Part shown: positions 51,309-52,295 of the stretch, in pieces
Numbering within the stretch: position 1 is the first letter of the stretch
Layout of the letters: each line of letters starts with the position of its first letter
Virus record (IMG/VR): IMGVR_UViG_3300003154_000003
Location: 1-52,295 of that record
Source: a virus
Reading direction: 5' to 3' (one strand)
Length of the DNA stretch: 52,295 nucleotides
Program-made: the position numbers and the translations under genes
Notes under the pieces: generated by a model
Told to the model about the DNA's origin: nothing
Databases searched by the model: none
Seen by the model: only the letters and a program-made list of their open reading frames with translations

Positions 51309-52295
51309 CTATTCATGCAGATTCAGCCACGCTTTATAAAAGCCCTCACAATTTTCTATAAGTGTGGTGGTCCTTACACTTGGCAACTCAATACTAATTA
51401 TAGATTCAACGTGATATAGCGACTCGTTGAAATTATAGTCCTTCTGACCCTTAAATAGTTCCGTAAGGGCTACGGGGTCCTTCATACCGGCATTGTAATA
51501 CTCGCGCACACAGTATATACGCAGGTTGTGCCCTTCCTCGCCCTCTAGCTGTTGGGTTAAAGCCCATTCAAAGAACGGCCGAACCTTTCCCGCTCTTACC
51601 TTCATATTCTCCGGCATGTCTACGGCCTCGCTGGCCTCTGCTGCTGGCTCTTTAAATTCAATTCCGCTTATATCGACTATGCCAATTTCCAACTCTGTAA
51701 AATCCTCGCACCATTCACCGTTTATTAAAATTGCTGATTTGTTTCCGGTCTTTCTGTGAGTAGCAAAAGGCAACTTGACAAGATTACCGTATCCTTTTTT
51801 ATCGGCAATCATCTGTTTAGGGTAAACTTCACATTTAACTTTAGCAGTTTTGATAATATGTTTACCGAATAATTTGGCCTGTTTTGCGGCTACCGGTTGC
51901 AATAATATCCAAATATGATATGAAAACGGCGAACCGGACCATTCGAGGATAAAGGGTATGCTTAACGATTTTAGCAAGTTACCAATTTTATTAACATTCT
52001 CGTCTGATTGCTGACATTTTAAATTATATTGACTGTCCGAATCCTCGGGCTTTCTATGAGCATCTATGTCAAAGCATACCCATTTTACCATGTTCCCGGG
52101 TCCTAATGTGTAGGCGCCAACTGTTATTTCACCGGATAAATGACGCTGCAATAGTTCTTCGTCAACTTTACCATTTTCTTTATAGTAACTTCCGCTAGAA
52201 ATTTGTAAAGCGTAAGCGTCCTCCCGTGCTATAAGTAACTGTAAAAAGTTACATCTATTATATATTTTCGAAGAAATAATATTATTTTTCCCTAT
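51309..52295 (-). CDS. archaeo-eukaryotic primase-polymerase (AEP/PrimPol) domain; 3-prime part of the wrap-around helicase-primpol ORF
   Basis: The track lists 51309-52151 from a TTG, but the frame stays open upstream to the window end. AEP motifs read: HLSGEITVGAYTL...WVCFDIDAH (motif I DxD), SGSPFSYHIWILL (motif II), EVYPKQ...GYGNLVKLPFATHRKTGNKS (motif III). Confidence 0.8.
   Translation of the reverse strand: MGKNNIISSKIYNRCNFLQLLIAREDAYALQISSGSYYKENGKVDEELLQRHLSGEITVGAYTLGPGNMVKWVCFDIDAHRKPEDSDSQYNLKCQQSDENVNKIGNLLKSLSIPFILEWSGSPFSYHIWILLQPVAAKQAKLFGKHIIKTAKVKCEVYPKQMIADKKGYGNLVKLPFATHRKTGNKSAILINGEWCEDFTELEIGIVDISGIEFKEPAAEASEAVDMPENMKVRAGKVRPFFEWALTQQLEGEEGHNLRIYCVREYYNAGMKDPVALTELFKGQKDYNFNESLYHVESIISIELPSVRTTTLIENCEGFYKAWLNLHE
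52260..52295. promoter_or_regulatory. Left part of the 80-bp concentric palindromic element L1
   Basis: atatattttcgaaga (52260-52274) is the exact reverse complement of 54-68. The stretch 52261-52277 is identical to the left arm of L2 (10658-10674). Confidence 0.6.
52274..52295. repeat. Terminal direct repeat, identical to 1-22
   Basis: Exact 22-nt match to the window start. Confidence 0.9.

Noticed and set aside
1-52295. Search for tRNA, rRNA, integrase/attP, reverse transcriptase (DGR), CRISPR, and a peptidoglycan or pseudomurein hydrolase.
   Set aside because: I could not recognise any of them by eye. The Ig-like repeats in the 745-aa and 1307-aa proteins are protein-domain duplications with no nearby template repeat or RT. 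This absence is based on manual reading only and needs profile searches.

Overview
The window is an essentially complete genome of about 52.27 kb from a tailed dsDNA virus. It has a siphovirus-like gene order and an HK97-style morphogenesis module. Every credible gene lies on the minus strand.

Genome ends: nt 1-22 are identical to nt 52274-52295, so the unit is circularly closed or terminally redundant. Joining the ends through that overlap puts a roughly 630-codon XPD/DinG-like SF2 helicase ORF (1900->1, absent from the ORF track because it has no stop in the window) in frame with the archaeo-eukaryotic primase-polymerase ORF (52273->51309).

Recognisable modules, read along the minus strand:
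- Beta-helix depolymerase or fibre proteins (35062-38985 and 33373-35043).
- terS, terL, portal, and a MuF head protein fused to a zeta-toxin-like P-loop domain.
- Prohead protease/scaffold, major capsid protein, and an odd lipoprotein plus membrane-protein insert.
- Connector proteins, major tail protein, chaperone, tape measure, and distal tail proteins including a 908-aa glycine-rich protein with an internal duplication.
- An ArdC-like operon.
- About 15 kb of very small genes, many of them Zn-ribbon or single-TM proteins, plus one HNH nuclease.

Non-coding structure:
- Four same-orientation copies of a roughly 72-bp element carrying a perfect TTTATATA octamer. Each sits directly upstream of an operon.
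- A second two-copy promoter-like family.
- Two paralogous 80-bp concentric palindromes. One sits exactly at the genome junction, inside the helicase/primpol linker. The other sits in the most AT-rich intergenic region.

Host inference: I recognised no integrase, tRNA, CRISPR array or muralytic endolysin. The promoter architecture, the Zn-ribbon-rich small proteome, the sequon-rich secreted beta-helix protein with a DNRLRE-like segment, and the AEP plus Fe-S-type helicase replication module point tentatively to an archaeal, methanogen-type host. A Firmicutes phage cannot be excluded from sequence alone.
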